A stretch of 64,000 bases of DNA from the human T2T-CHM13v2.0 reference genome, Homo sapiens. Under the pieces are notes generated by a model, which saw only the letters and a list, made by a program, of their open reading frames with translations, was not told where the DNA came from and did no database searches. Location: the NCBI RefSeq assembly GCF_009914755.1, contig NC_060940.1, one strand, 5' to 3'. This document shows, piece by piece, positions 40,710 through 56,150 of the stretch; position 1 is the stretch's first letter, and each line of letters begins with the position of its first letter. The translations under genes and the position numbers were made by a program.

Positions 40710-41121
40710 AGATTTAATGGAGTCATTACCTATAAAGCATTTGGAACAGTACCTTGCTTGTAGCAAGTGCTTAACTTAACTATTTAAAAAAAAAAAAACA
40801 GGTAAAGCATTCTAGTAGAATAAAGATGTGAGAAGTTGGGAAGTTGGTCAGCATTAGTGGAAGCTAGCATGGCAGGTTCTTTGTGTGCAAAGATAAGGGC
40901 AGAGAAGCGTGTGGATACCGGACTGTTCTAAGGTTGGAACTGGGTCTTGTGCTGAATGCCCAGCACCTACCATGGTGCCTGACTTAGAGCAGGCACTCAC
41001 ATGCCTGTAGAATAAGTCATGAAATCAATCGTGAAATGCTCCACATGCTATGCCATGGACTTTGGCCTTGAAAATGTCACTCACTTGCCTCCAGAATAAA
41101 CATTGTGTTTTACAAAGATAC

Positions 41122-41250
41122 ACAGGCACAGTGGCTCATGCCTGCAATGTCAGCACTTTGGGAGGCTGAGGTGGGCAGATCGCTTGAGGTCAGGAGTTCA
41201 AGACCAGCCTGGCCAACATGGCAAAACCCCATCTCTACTAAAAAAAAAAA
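41122..41250 (+). mobile_element. Alu left arm only
   Basis: Ends at the A-rich linker. Confidence 0.85.
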
Positions 41251-43067
41251 TACCTCCCCTCCACAAAAAAGAAAGATACATCCTATAGCAGCATAGAAAA
41301 TGGACGCGGTGATGGCAAGATGTGAGGAGGGAGGCATTAGGCAGCTGCCGCAGAAATACAGGTAAGAGAAAAGAGAGGACCAAGCCAAGGTAGTGAAGTT
41401 AGTTGGGGAAAAGTCAGCCTGCAGTGGGTAAATGTGTTAGAAACCATAGCAGGTATCTTAGTTGATGGGGTCAGAGTCTGCGCAAGCATAACATAAACGG
41501 ACCAGAGGGGAAGAACCTAGATAACATCTGAAAGGAAGAAACAAATCTTTGTCAAGAGCTTATACTGAACATGAGCTAGAGAAATGCAATATTCAGGTTT
41601 CTGGTCCAGAAATCAGGAATGACTATTTCATCAACGTAAACAGGGAGTGAGTTTCAGAGGACTGGTCCTTCTTGTTTTCGGAGGGTGGGTGTTGAGATTA
41701 CGTCCCAGAAGAAGCTGACAAGATAGAAATGGAATAAGGAGAGATTTTGATTAGCGAGTTGCCCATGCAGAAGAGATGCGACTTATCAGAACAGAAAAGC
41801 TTTCCAAAAGGAAGAGGTCTGGACAGAGTACTGAGTACAGAATCAGGGATGAAAATAAGCCAAGATTGTTTAAAATTCTGTGTAAAATGAAAAGTATCCA
41901 TTACTGATCAGCTAAAGTAACAATGGCAGGGTTCTGTAGTATGTAGAAGTGTCTGTATCTGTGGAGAAATTTCTCAGCAAAGAATGTCAAGAAGCATGGA
42001 TGAAATATAGCGTAGCATGGCTGGCATTTCTTTGTGAAATTTTTTGTGCAATTATAAATCCAAAGAAACTAGAAATGCGGTATACTTGAATTGTTACCAG
42101 AAGCGAGAGCCTTCTTTACATGTATGCAGTAATCAGTTAAGTGACACTGTGTGCGTATATACCGTGTCCCGAATATTAAGAAGAACAAAACCAAAATTTG
42201 CAGATTAAGAAACAGACACCAAATTTAGTTGGCTTTCTAAAAGTCGTATCATTAGGATAGCATTTTTCTACCTTTAGTTTCTTGCATTTTTAACAGTCTT
42301 TAAAATTTCTGTGTGGAAGCAGCAATCTGGTCTAAACTTCCGCCATACCACTTACTAGCTATCTGATTTTGAAGAAATAATTTACAATGTAGTCAGGACC
42401 TAATGATACCTTACAGCTGTTTCTCATCTTTGAGACTCATTGAGTCTCATCTATGTTTTCTCAACATTCAGCATACACCTGTATGAACTGTCTGGCTGTG
42501 TAACTGTGAAAGCTTCTCACAGACTGTGAGTCTCATTTTCTACGTATACAAAATGAAGAAGATAATTCCTACTTATAACGTTGTGAGAAATGAGTGAAGT
42601 GCTGTACCCTCTAGATTCTCCATCAAAAGCCATATTAAATGTTCACTACATGTTAATCCCACCCAGGTGGGGGTTTCAGAAAGGAAAGAATAGAGCCAGG
42701 AATGATCCTTCCATGACCCAAGAAATATACAGCTTGAAATCCACTTGTTGTCTAACTCTGTTAACGCTAATATCAGACACGGAAATTTAAAATCTGGTAC
42801 CACAGATGTTTCCAGAGAGCTAAAATGTCCCCAAAGGTGTAATGGTAAATAGAAACCAGGTTGGCATTAACATACAAAACCATCGTTAGGAATAATAATC
42901 TCGAACAAGACCCAAAGGACTTACAGCAAAAAGAACATAAATTAAAAAGCCCTTATAAATCAGAGCAACTTTTATTTAAAAGCTCCTTTTTGCCTCACCA
43001 AAAACTTACCTCTAGTATTATGTTTAACCCAGAAAAGCCAACACTATCTATTAGATCAAAGTTAGTA

Positions 43068-43360
43068 GGCCAAGCAAGGTGGCTTACACCTGTAATCCTA
43101 GCACTTTGGGAGGCTGAGGTTGGCAGATTGCCTGAACCTAGGAGTTCAAAACCATCCTGGGCAACATGGCAAAACTCCATCCCGAAAAAGAATACAAAAA
43201 TTAGTCATGCACAGTGGCACATGACTTGTAGTCCCAGCTACTCAGGAGGCTGAGGAAGGAGGATCACCTGAACCCAGGTAGGTCAAGGCTGCAGTGAGCC
43301 AAGATCACACCGCTGCACTCTAGCCTGGGCAGCAGAATGAGACCCCGTCTCAAAAAAAAA
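43068..43360 (+). mobile_element. AluJ
   Basis: J-type 'ggtcaaggctgcagtgagcc'. Confidence 0.9.
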
Positions 43361-44286
43361 GTAAATAGTGCTAACTGATCTCTCAACTTTATCCAAAGTG
43401 AGCATTTGTTTTTATTAGTTTTATAGAAATTTAATTTATTTGATGGAAGGAGAGAATAAGGATTTTTGGCATATAACACTAGGAAAGCTGAACCAAAATA
43501 AATTGATTTCTCCAAACAAAGAGTAACTCAGGAATTTATGCCAAAACATGTTGATAAAATATATGGCTTCGGGAACTTCCATGTAGGATACAGTATGGAA
43601 GTGTCCCCACTGTAAAACTAGAAAAATCTAGATAAATTATAAAAATCAGATAATATAAAAAAATCTTAATTGTAAAGGAATCAGGGAGCTGCAGAAGCAG
43701 TGACAACTAGATAAACTAAAATACCAAAGAGGGAAAAGTCATTTCAAAAAGAAAACCTTTTTTTTTCTCTGGGTGCATTTTCTGATTCTAGGTGAGAGTC
43801 AGGCTTGGCCCATGCAGAGAGCCTAAGATGGAGGGAAAGAAATTAGAAACGAGTGTCAGAATCACAGGGAGCTTTTGTGACAAACTGGAAACTTGAGGGG
43901 CTGCTTTTCCTCTGTGGACAAATGCCCTAAAGGACAGAGTGAAATCTCCTTGGGTCTCACAGAAAACAGAGACCTACCAAAGGAAGCAAGCTCTCCTCAA
44001 ATACATAGCCATTCTCTCATTTAAGATATTTGCCAGATTTTGAAGGTACAAGGAGTTAAAGGATGGGGTGTGGGATGGCTGGAGAGTTAAGATGGTAACC
44101 ACTGAAGGGAAGAATTGGATTTCCTGGAGCCTTTCAGACTAAGATACTCCAGACTTTCAATCAAAATCCCAGTAGGGCCATGCCCAGCAACAGGAGTAAG
44201 CCAGAAGTTGATTCAGTCTTGTTCAACTTGCAATGCGGCCTGACCCTTTTCAAGCCCTTACTAAGTTGATGAAGCAAGGCTCCATC

Positions 44287-44662
44287 TGATACAGTTTGGC
44301 TCTGTGTCCCCACCCAAATCTCATCTTGAATTGTACTCCCATAATTCCCATGTGCTGTGGGAGGGACCCAGTGGGAGATAATTGAATCATGGGGGCAGTT
44401 TCCCCCATACTGTTCTCATGGTAGTGAATAAGTCTCACGAGATCTGATGGTTTTATCAGGGGTTTCCACTTTTGCGTCTTCCTCATTCTCTCTTTGCCTG
44501 CTGCCATCCCTGTAAGATGGGACTTGCTCCTCCTTGCCTTCCACCATGATTGTGAGGTTTCCCCAGCCATGTGAAACTGTACATTCAATTAAACCTCTTT
44601 CTTTTTTAAATTGCCCAGTCTCTGGTATGTCTTTATCAGCAGCATGAAAATGGACTAATACA
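44287..44662 (+). mobile_element. THE1 solo LTR
   Basis: tgatacagtttggc...ggactaataca; TSD ccatc/tcatc. Confidence 0.93.
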
Positions 44663-46249
44663 TCATCCTATCTGATTAATACAGGAGAGGGAAAAACTCA
44701 TAGCAGCATATGTCATCCGGAGCCTCTCCAATCTTTTTTTTAATAATGCCCAATTTACAGTTTTATAAAAATTACTTGACCTGTAAAGAAGCAAGAATGT
44801 GTAAGTGATGAACAAGAGAAAAATCAGACTACAGAGGATCCAGATATTTGAATTAGCACACAAGAACATTAAAATAAACATGATTAGTATGTTCAAGGAG
44901 ACAGAATAAAAGATAGATTCAAGCAGAGAGAATTACACAAGAGATTTGAAATCTTTAAGAAGGAATCAGATAGATATTCCAGAACTGAAATACATATTAT
45001 CATATTAAAAACTCAGTAAGTAGACTTAACAGCAGAACACAGGATTTTTAACCTGGAATATGAATCTATAGCAAACACCACAAGGGAAGCACAGTGAGGA
45101 TAAAGAACGGGAAAAAATCTGCCAAAAGACTAGTGTGTGGAATTGGAGTTACAGAAGGATAGGAGAGTGCTAATGGAGCAGAAAAAAAAATTTGAAGATG
45201 TAATGTCCAGGAATTTTCCAAAACTGATGAAAGACATTCTCCCTATTAAATCAAAAAGTTTAGCAAACCACAAGCTGGATAAATTTGAAGAAAAACACAC
45301 CTCAGACACTGAAATCAAACTGATGAAAAACAATATCAAAGAGAAAATGTTAAAAATAGCCTGAGAATAAAAGAGGCATTTACCTGCAAATGAGCTACAA
45401 TATGACTTATGGCTGACTTCTAGATAGAAATAATGGAATGTGGAAGGCAATGGAATAACATTTCTCTGAGCACTTTAAAGATGCCTACCAACCTAGAATT
45501 CTTTAGTTCTCAAATTTTTCCCTTCAAAATCAAGGTGAATTAAAGACTTTTGGGGCAAAAAAAAAAAAATGGAATTGTATTGCAAGCAGGTTTATGCCTT
45601 TTACTGAAGAGAATATTTCAGGCAGAGGGAAAATGATGCCAGAGAGGCATAGAAACACAAGAAACATAAATAAAAATAGAAAGTTAAATATGTATAAAGT
45701 AAAAAAGTAAATGAAGTAAAATTGTAAGGACATAAGGAGTTAAAAATATTTATAGAACTAAAATGCATGACAGCAGTAACAGAAAAAGTGAGAGGCTATA
45801 AACATAGTTAAAACAGTTTCTGCAGCATTGGAGATGTAGTTAAAGCAATACTTTGTATTAGACTCTAATAAGTCAAGTATCTATATTGTATAACCCTTAG
45901 GGTAATCACTAAAAGAATATAAAAGAAAGTAAAACTAACAAATTAATAGAAGGAAATAGGTTTGACTAATCCAAAATAAGAAAGGAGGGGGAACAACATT
46001 AAAAAGATGGCCAAATAGAACAACAAGGTGATACAGTAAGTATATACCTAATTATACCATAGTAAAATGCAAAATGTAAACAGATTAAATATTTCAAGTA
46101 ATATTATCAGACTATTTTTAAAAATCAGCAAACTGGATGCTACATACAATAGACACACTTTAAATAAAAGAACAAAGAATGGAAATAAAAGAAAAATATA
46201 CCTTTATAGTACAGTCTCTCCTAAAAACACATGAAAGTATTTTTTAAAA

Positions 46250-46472
46250 CAAGCTTGTCCAACCCACAGCCTGTGGGCCATATGTGGCCCAGAATGGCTT
46301 TGAATGCGGCCCAACACAAATTTTTAAACTTTCTTTAAACAACATTATGAAATTTTTTGGCGCTTTTTTTATAGCTCTTCAGCTACTGTTAGTGTTAGTG
46401 TATTGTATGTGTGGCCCAAGACAATTCTTCTTCCAATGTGGCCCAGGGAAGCCAAAAGATTGGACACCCCTG
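46250..46472. mobile_element. MER30 hAT-Charlie MITE
   Basis: caagcttgtccaacc...gattggacacccctg. Confidence 0.88.
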
Positions 46473-47100
46473 TTTAAAACAAGAAACATGACAAGAGGTA
46501 AAGAGGCCATTTCATAATGATGAAGGGAGGTATCAAAAAGAAGGACATCACAGTCCTAAATCTGTATGTACTGGACAGCACAGATTCCAAATATACAGAG
46601 CAGAGAAAACTAAAAAGAGAAGTAGACAAATCTACAATCATTGTGGGAGTCTTAAAACATCTCTCACATCAGCTTCAAGAAAAAACAACAAGGAGTAAAG
46701 CTGTAAAAGATTTGAACAAAATAATTAACAAATTTCATCAACTAACATATATAGAACTCTGAACTCAACAACTGAGTTCATTCTTTTCAAATTCCCAAGG
46801 AAAATTACCTAAATTGTTTGCATGCAGAGCATATAGAAAAGTCTAACAAACGTTTTTAACTGCAATTATTTCTAGTATATCCTCCAATCACAATGGAATT
46901 AAACTAAGCATTAGTAGCAAAATATAACCAGAAACACCCTAACTGACTGAACATAAAACAGTACACTTCCAAATAACTCATAATCAAAAACAAAAATAGA
47001 AATATGAAATGTCAAAACTTGTGGGATGCACTAAACCAGTGCTCAGAGGAAAATTCTAGAAAATAGGAAACAAATATACAAGACAAAATCAACAAATCCA

Positions 47101-47400
47101 GGCTGGGCACGGTGGCTCACTCCTGTAATCCCAGAATTTTGGGAGGCTGAGGCGGGTGAATCACCTGAGGTCAGGAGATCGAGACCAGCCTGGCCAACAT
47201 GGCAAAACCCTGTCTCTACCAAACGTACAAAGATTAGCTGGATACAGTGGCATGTGCCTGTAATCTCAGTTACTTGGGAGCCTGAGGCAGGACAATCGCT
47301 TGAACCCAGGAGGCGGAGGTTGCAGTGAACCAAGATCGCACCACTGCATCCCAGCCTGGGTGACAGAGCGAGACTCTGTCTCTAAAAAATTTTTAAAAAT
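47101..47400 (+). mobile_element. AluSx-like
   Basis: Perfect 16-bp TSD aaaatcaacaaatcca at 47085-47100 and 47403-47418. Confidence 0.95.
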
Positions 47401-47651
47401 TGAAAATCAACAAATCCAAAAGTTTGTCCTATAAAAAGATTGAATAAAATTGTAAACTCATATCGAAACTGTTGGGCAAAAAAAGAAAAAAACACAAATT
47501 ACCAACACTGGGAATAAAAAAGGGAAAATGACTATAGCCATCAAAAAGATACAAAGATATTATGAACGGCATTATGCAATATATTTGACAATTTGGACAT
47601 AATGGACAAGTTTCCCCAAAATTAAAACTTATCAAAAATAACCTAAAAAGA

Positions 47652-47866
47652 GGCTGGGCATGGTAGCTAATGCCTGTAATCCCAGCACTTTGGAGGCCGA
47701 GGCAGGAAGATCACTTGAGGCCAGGAATTTGAGACCAGCCTGGCCAACATGACAAAGCCCCTTCTCTGCTAAAAAATACAAAAATTAGCTGGGTATGGTG
47801 GTGCACGCCTGTAATCCCAGCTGCACTCTGTCCCAAAAAAAAAGAAAGAAAAAGAAAAGAAGAAAA
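47652..47866 (+). mobile_element. Alu with most of the right arm deleted
   Basis: 'cctgtaatcccagc' is joined almost directly to 'actctgtccc' and the A tail. Confidence 0.85.
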
Positions 47867-49448
47867 TCTTAACTAGCCCAGTGCTTATGGAAAAAAAAAA
47901 AATGTTCTTGAAAACCAAAAAGAAAACTACAGATCCAGATGGCTTTGCTACATGTTTCCAAATATTTAAGAAAGAAAAACAATTTTATACAAACCCTTCC
48001 AGAAACAGAAATAGAAGAAATACTTAATCCCTCTTTTTATGAGACAAGGTTTTTCCAAAACCTGACAAGATCTTACAAGAAATTAAAATTGCAGACCGAT
48101 CTCACTCATGAGCATAAATTTTTAAATTCTTAACAAAAATATTAATGAATCCCACAAAAATGATATGATCATCTCAAGAGTTGCATTTGAAAAAAATTCA
48201 TGTTGATTTCTGATTTTTTTAAAATAATGTTTAGCAAACTAGGAAACTTTTTTAGTCTAGTTTTAAAAAAAAAATAACAGAAGGAGCTGCTGCTACAGCA
48301 AACATCTTCCTCAATGGTGAAATAGTAAAAACTTTTTTTGTGACCTGAGTCCCAGCCAGAGCGAGAAGGCAAACAAAAGAAATACTAGGCTTAGGAATTA
48401 AAAGTAAGAAATCTCTTTATTCATAAATGATATGCCTAAAATAATCTAAAAGAATTTTCAGAGAATCTATTACTGATTTTAGTAAAGGTCATCAGGTATA
48501 AGATCAGTATACAAAATTAATTGTTTTATATACCCCAGCAGTAAGCAAATGGAAAATAAAATTCTAAAAGATACTGTTTGCAATATCATCAGAAACACCA
48601 AATAGCAAGGTATAAATTTAAAGAAAGATATGCAAGTCCTCTACAATGAAAACTACAAATGACTGCCTAAGATAATTTTTTTCTCCCTATTTAAGCCCAC
48701 ATTAACGGAGAGATATACCATGTTCATGGATTGGAAGTCTCAATGGTATTGAAATGACAATTCTTTTCAAACCGACCTGAGGGATTCAATGCAATACCAT
48801 GCAAAGTCCCAATCCCAGCATGGGGATCGGGGCAGAAATTGATACACTGATTATAAAATTTATATGGAAATACAAGGAGTGAAAAATGGCCAAGGCAATC
48901 TTGAAGAATAAGTTGTAGAACTTACACTACCGTACATATATCCAGACGTATTAGAAAACCATAGTAATTGAAACCATGGTATTTGCACAAAGATGGGAAC
49001 AAGCTGACCAATGCAATAGAATAGAGAATTCAGGAAGAATTCCACACATACCCAGTTTCTGATTCTAACAAGGAAAACACAACACAGCAGTGCAGGTGAG
49101 AAAGCATGGTCTTTCAATAAATAAGGCCAAGTTGATTGAATAAACATATTTTTTAAAATGCATCCTGACCCCCTCTTAAACCATATACAATAATTAATTC
49201 TAGATATATTACAGATCAAAATATAGAAGGAAAAAATGCATATTTTAGAGAAAAACATATGAGAACATATATGTCCTTTGTGTAAGCAAAGCTTTTCGTA
49301 ATTAGGATACAAAAGTACTAACCACAAAAGAAAAAAAAAAGATAGATTACATTGAAATTAAGAGCTTTGATTCTTCAAATGACACAGTTAAGAAAGTAAA
49401 AAGTAACCTACAGAGTAGAAGATATTTATAATACAAAGAAATGCTGCA

Positions 49449-49875
<427 letters not shown>

Positions 49876-51125
49876 TCAACTTAATTAAATAAAGATATAT
49901 ACATTAAATTATACAAATATAAATTAAAACACAAATTAATCAAGGAAATACAATGAAGTGCAGTACAGCAGCATACCTATAAAATGGCTGAAATGAAAAG
50001 ATGAAAAATACCCAGTGCTGGCAATGGTGTGAAATAATTGGAACTCTCCTACACAGCTGGTAGAAGTGTAAATTGGGTACAGCCACGTTGGAAACATAGT
50101 ATCAACTAAAGCTGAACATACATATGCCCTATGTTCCAGGAATTACATGCCTAGGTATTATCTATCCAACAGAAATGTGTTCCCCAAAACACGAGTGCCA
50201 GAATATCCACTATTCATAAGAGCCCAAAGTTGGAAATTATCCAGATGCCCAGCAAAAGTTGAATAATAAATTGTGATACATTCACAAAATGGCGTCTGTA
50301 CAATAATAATGAGTGAATGAACTGCAACTATTCACAACATCATGGGTGAATCTCACAAACATAGTGTGCAGCAAAAGAAGGCTGAAACAAGAACACACAT
50401 GCTAAATGACTGCATTTATATAAAGCTCAAACCCAGGCGAAATTAATCCTAGCCAGCAGATCACCTTGTGGATGGGTTTCTTGATCTGGTAGTACTAGAC
50501 TACATGGGTGTGTTCAGATTGTGAAAATTCTTCAAACTGTGTGTTTGATACATGAAGATTTCTATGTTTCAATAAGAACCTAACAAAAAATGCATGGCTG
50601 CAGAGAGAGAGCACGTAGCTAGTCCTGTAACCATTCACATATTCTCAAGTACCTTCTGAGCATTTAGACAGACTCTCAGCATCTTGTTCCAAGGAAGGGC
50701 AATCCCTGTTTGCTGATGGGCCAATTTTGCCAGGAAAGGTGAGTGATAAGAGTTCTACATAAGGAACAAAGCAAAGCAAATCATGTTCCCTGCAGTCCCT
50801 ACCATGCTTTGCAACGGGCAGAAGTGACACCATCGTTAACTTGCTACACACAGCTCAACATACTCAGTTTATAACAATTTTAAGATGGTAGCAAACGATA
50901 ACTTTCCTTTAAATACCCCTTAGAGGATACAAACTGTCAGATCAGAATGGAGTGATGTCAAAAGAGCAGGACTGAAAACCTGATCTGAGGTTAACAGAAA
51001 TAAAGAGCCCTTTGGACCTATTTGCTTGGGGCCCCAGAGCTAGTCTAGATAATTTCTAGAATCGTGCTTCATAATAATTTTGATAATGCCTAGGTTGCAG
51101 ATGACTTGAGGAGGAAAAGACACGT

Positions 51126-51559
51126 TGTAACCAACAGAATATTCAAGGTACTTTCTTTAAACTTAAAAGAAAATCCTTGGCTAGATTACATTTCACTGAG
51201 TTTAGTTGAGCAAAGAACAATTGGTGAATTGGGCAACCTCTCAAGCCAAAGTAAGCTGAGAGAGACTCCAGCGCAGGCATGTAGTGGAAGAAGATTTATG
51301 GACAGAAAAAGGAAAATGATGTACAGAAAATGGAAATGAGGCACAAAAGCAGCTGGATTGGTTACACTCGGCATTTGCCTTATTTGAACGCTATTTGAAC
51401 AGTTGGCCCTTTGATTGGCTCAAACTCCGAGACTGGCACGAGAGTAGGTGACAGTCTGTTTACACCTCCATTCAGATTATAGTTCACTATGTACAGAGAA
51501 ACCTTTAGGCGGAACTTAGCATATTTAAGAAGGCAGCTTTAGGCTAACTTGATTTTACA
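51126..51559 (-). mobile_element. ERV1 solo LTR (MER57-like)
   Basis: 'gattggttaca..tttgccttatttgaac..tttgaacagttggcc..ggcagctttaggcta'. Confidence 0.7.
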
Positions 51560-51589
51560 AACTGTTATCAGTAATTTTAATGCACTATA

Positions 51590-51888
51590 ACCAGCAAAGT
51601 GGCTCACGCTTGTAATCCCAGCACTTTGGGAGGCTGAGGCAGGTGGGTCACTTAAGGTCAGTAGTTCGATACCAGCCTGGCCAACATGGTGAAACCCCTT
51701 CTCTACTAAAAATACAAAAATTAGCCAGGCGTGGTTGTGCATGCCTGTAGTCCCAGCTACTCAGGAGGCTGAGGCAGGAGAATCGCTTGACCCTGGGAGG
51801 CAGAGGTTGCAGTGAGCTAACGCCACTGCACTCCAGCCTGGGTGACAGAGCGAGACCCCACCTAAAAAATAAAATAAAAATAAAATAA
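51590..51888 (+). mobile_element. AluS
   Basis: Full dimer; TSD-like agtaattttaatg. Confidence 0.93.
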
Positions 51889-54423
51889 GTAATTTTAATG
51901 AGCTGTAAATTACCTAAGAACATTGTTTCAATAAAACAGAAATGCTTTTGTTTTGCTACATCAAAACTGGCTGTGGCCAAATGACTTGATGAGTAAAGCC
52001 TTTAATCCTATAGATTAATAAGTTGTGACCTTTAATGCTGGCATTTTATCTTTAGAGATGAATATCGTCATTTGCCTTATATGGTCCAGATTTTCTGAAA
52101 GGTCAAAATAGTGCCTTCAGAGTACAGGCACTCTTTTATGGAAGACTTCAATGAACACAGAATTGCTGCCCTCTCTTAAGAAAGGATAAAATAAAAAAAA
52201 CTGTTAAGGAAAAACCCAAGCGGTAGAGAGAACATTCGGGAATGCAATAAAATGGAATCCCTTTGGGGATGTGCTGGCAGTGGAGCAAGGCAGTAGCAAT
52301 TAGCACTGGCCAAATCCCAGTGTCAATACCACTCCTGCCTACAGGTAATCACCAGAAAGGTCAAATGTTAGTCGCCCTGTCTTATGTGGGCTGAAAACTG
52401 TCACAGGCGATTTCTCGTAAGGGTTCTGGAATCCCACTGGGGACGGCCACAGACAGGAAAGGCATCGTTGGCCGCTGCTTCTTGGCTCACTCACTCCACG
52501 CTCACTGCTCAGAATTCTCTGAGACTGGTCTTCCTGCCTCCTTCTTACTGGTAACCTAATCTTTCCCCCTCCTCTTGCTTGAAAATTGTGTAGGGTTCAT
52601 TGTTCCATGATTGTTATTGAATGGGGCTCTTATGCTCTCACAGAAGACCTAAATGATGACTGCAAACAATGAAGACAAATATTTTGCTCCAGGAAGCCCA
52701 AATGCCCTCTCACACTCTGCCAAGTTTAAAGAAAGACGAAAACAAAAGGTGTCCCTGTTAGTTCCCCCTAAGGCTCAGGGCATATGAAATAGTTTGAACC
52801 TGGCAGCCCAAACCATCTCTACGGGGCCCGTATTAAGTCTTTATATGATTATCAAACGCGTCATATTCCCCATCTATTTCCATTTAAAAGAACGGGGGAG
52901 TGATGGCTTTTAAAACAAGCCAAATTACCACTAAATTCAGCAGCATGTTTTCATGACTTAGCAACTTATATAAAGTATGTTTGAGCCTGCCAGTGAAAAA
53001 TGTGATGTGGGTTGCCAAGAAGACACACAGATATAGAACCAGGCATAACAGCTGTAAAATTAAAATGGAATAGACTAAGATAATGATTTTTCATAGGCTA
53101 AGATATATCATGTCCCAGCCTGTCTTCTCCTTCAGTCCTCTGTAAGATAGATGTTCCAATAATGCCAGCTGATTCAAAATTGAAATATTGTTCAAAATAT
53201 GCTTAGATTGATTTTTTTAAAAAATTGTTATTCAGCCCCAGAGTGAAATGACTACTGAACTACTGAATTTATAGCCCCCAAACTGAGGGTGGGAGGGGCT
53301 CTGAACTGAACTTCAGAAAGATACCTCAGCCTGTGGTCTTTCTCTTTTCATAGCTCAACCAAGCTCTAGACTGCAGGGGGGATATAGTAAGATTATTTAG
53401 ATTGATTCTACTTAAAAGATGCTAGTTTGGATAAAATGAAGCCATTAGTTATGATGGCAACCCAATCAAGCCAGTTTAACACCCCTTATCTCAGCTGTGA
53501 TATTAATTGAGGAGGAAAAATAAATTGATGACCCAGCCATCATTCCGCCTTACTTCAAGCACTCGCAAAATATCAGTCATGTTGAAAATACTACCTACAG
53601 TTTGTCACTGACAAAATGGCCCAATAAAAGAACTCTTAAGATCTGGTAATAGTGAGGTGTGATCAGAGCCATTGGAGGGGCAGCACACTGGGTCCACTGA
53701 GATAATGGAGCCTAGTGCCATCTACACCTCAGGATGAGTTCAGCTCCGCATCTTAGCTGTGCAATGATAGCCGAGAGACTTACACTCTCTCAGCCTCAAT
53801 TTCCCCACCTGCAGAATGAAGATAATGCCATCTGCCTGCTGGGTTGTTAGAGGGTTGGAAATCATGAATGCACAATTCCCAGTACTCCTAAGCATATAAG
53901 AAATGTTTAAGTGAACTGACTTGAACTGAGTCATGGACTGATCTTCTAAGCATGTCATTACAGAATCATGAGTGCTGAGGCAAACTATGAAAAGGCACTT
54001 ATGACCACCGTGGTGGTGATCTGAGCATTTTTCTAGGGAATGGATGGGCCATGGACCCCCCCACTTGGACAAGGATGCTAAATCCAATTAGCCAGAAAAG
54101 GTGTCCTTGGACGTTGGCATCAATTCATGGAGCTTGTCTCTGGCTGAATGGGCAGGTGGAAGCCTGACAGCAGGACATTTCTACATTGATCAGGCAAATC
54201 AACTATCTTAAACAGAACATTTTCATTCATTTTTTATGCAAAAGAAACTGATTTTGACATTAAAATACTGTCAGTGATGCCCATCTCAACCAGTTCATCC
54301 TGCCAAAGTGTCTTTTAGCTGGTCCCCCACTGGAGTCCCCCTTCCCCAGCTTTATATTGGCATTGCCATCTACCCAGTCCTCAAGCAAGACCCCTTCCTC
54401 TGTGAGGCTCCCACCCCCTCAGC

Positions 54424-54563
54424 CTGCTCAGCCTCCTGAAGTCAGCCCTTTACTCTTGCATCCTGCCTGCCTTCCCTGAGGCCCTTGCCACGGCTGCTCA
54501 GCCTCCTGAAGTCAGCCCTTTACTCTTGCATCCTGCCTGCCTTCCCTGAAGCCCTCGCAATGG
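54424..54563. repeat. 70-bp tandem duplication
   Basis: 54424-54493 vs 54494-54563; first 56 nt identical. Confidence 0.95.
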
Positions 54564-55269
54564 CCTCCATGACAGTCCTGGCCTCCTCACTCAAGTCCAT
54601 TCCTGCCTGTGCGTCTGCATCCTCTGCTTTGTATCAAAGCCATTCTCCTGCTTTAAAGTCTTTGAACTTCTCACAAAATAGCCACACCACTTCGTCCCCC
54701 TACAACAACCTTCATCCTCTCTACAAGGTATTCTCATTTCTAGCACACTCAAATGCCATCTCTTCATGAAGCCTTCTGATCTATCCCCAGGCAGTTAATT
54801 ATCCCAAGCCACAAGTATTTTATTATCACCTCTCTTCCTGTGCTTGTAACACCATCCCACATCTGCTTACATATCTGTTCCTGCCATAGCATTAGCGTTT
54901 CAAGAGCAGGCACCTGTACCATTGACATTAGCACATTTCCATCCAGGCAGAGGGTAGAGTCCCAGTAAATGGTTATTGACTGAATGAATAAAATGAAACT
55001 GTCATGTTTAAACATGGCCTCAAAATTAATTATTTCCCTTTTTTTCTTTTCTCTAAAGTCAGTGGAATGGAAAAAAAACCAAAAAGTTGAATTTTTGTAC
55101 AACAGTTTAGTTTTACATTATTGTCTCTTCTAAAATAATTTTTCAGCCCAAATTATGTGGATAATTGCTTCAGTTCTACATCAAGTATAGTATACACGGA
55201 AACCTGGCGTTATATTATTGCAAACTTATTTTCCACCAGACTTTTTGTTGGCTTACTATTAACATTTTT

Positions 55270-55316
55270 CTATATATATATACACACACACAAAGAGAGA
55301 GAGAGAGAGAGAGAGA
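55270..55316. repeat. (TA)n(CA)n(GA)n microsatellite
   Basis: Direct reading. Confidence 0.9.
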
Positions 55317-56070
55317 TTTCTGAGATGAAATTGGCAAGATCTCTATTAGCAAAGCAATAAAACTGATCTTAAGTTTAAAAACAATGAGATTCTCAGCTTA
55401 TAGAGCTGATTTGTAAAATACTGGTGCTGAAAAACCATATTAAAGAGAACACAAAGTATAAAATAAAACAAAGGATAACCTTAGAAGACTCCTGGTTCAC
55501 TTACAGCTTTCTTTTTTTTTTTCTATTTTTATCTTAAACAGGAGGTACACGTGCAGGTTTGTTACCTGGCTCACTCTCAGTTTTAAAGCAAAGGTGAAGG
55601 TACATTTAGAGTCCTGTTCAGATGACATAAGAGGCCTGGCATGTATTTGCTCACAGCTGCTTATTGAAGGTTCAACAGATGCACAGCTACCTAGAGGGAA
55701 TTTGGAGCCATAGATTGTACCGCTCTTGTGTCCATGCTCAAGATTGCTCATTAGCTCACATCTAAATTGTGGCTCCTCTCAGATGGGCCCATCTTCCTGA
55801 TTACCCTCCCAGAATGTGGGCCTCAGGCTTCCTTGGGACACTAGTCAAGGTCCCTCTCTATGTCCCTGGTATGGGCACCCTGTTCTGAGTCCCAGCTCTG
55901 CAGACCTCTGCCCCACCACACACTGTTTTCTCCCCAAGGGTTAGATAAGGAAGGATTTGAATTTAGACAGAGCCACTACTCTCAAAATAGAAGCAAACTT
56001 ATGGAAATACAAACATATATGATTACATTTACAGGAAGAGCCATACATATTTGTTTTTTAAATCAAATTA

Positions 56071-56150
56071 TAGGTTGGCACAAAAATAATTGTAGTTTTT
56101 GCCATTGCAAGTAATGGCAAAAAACCACAATTACTTGTGCATCAACCTAA
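56071..56150. mobile_element. MADE1 (Hsmar1-derived) MITE
   Basis: 80-bp palindrome taggttgg..gccatt..aatggc..caacctaa. Confidence 0.9.
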
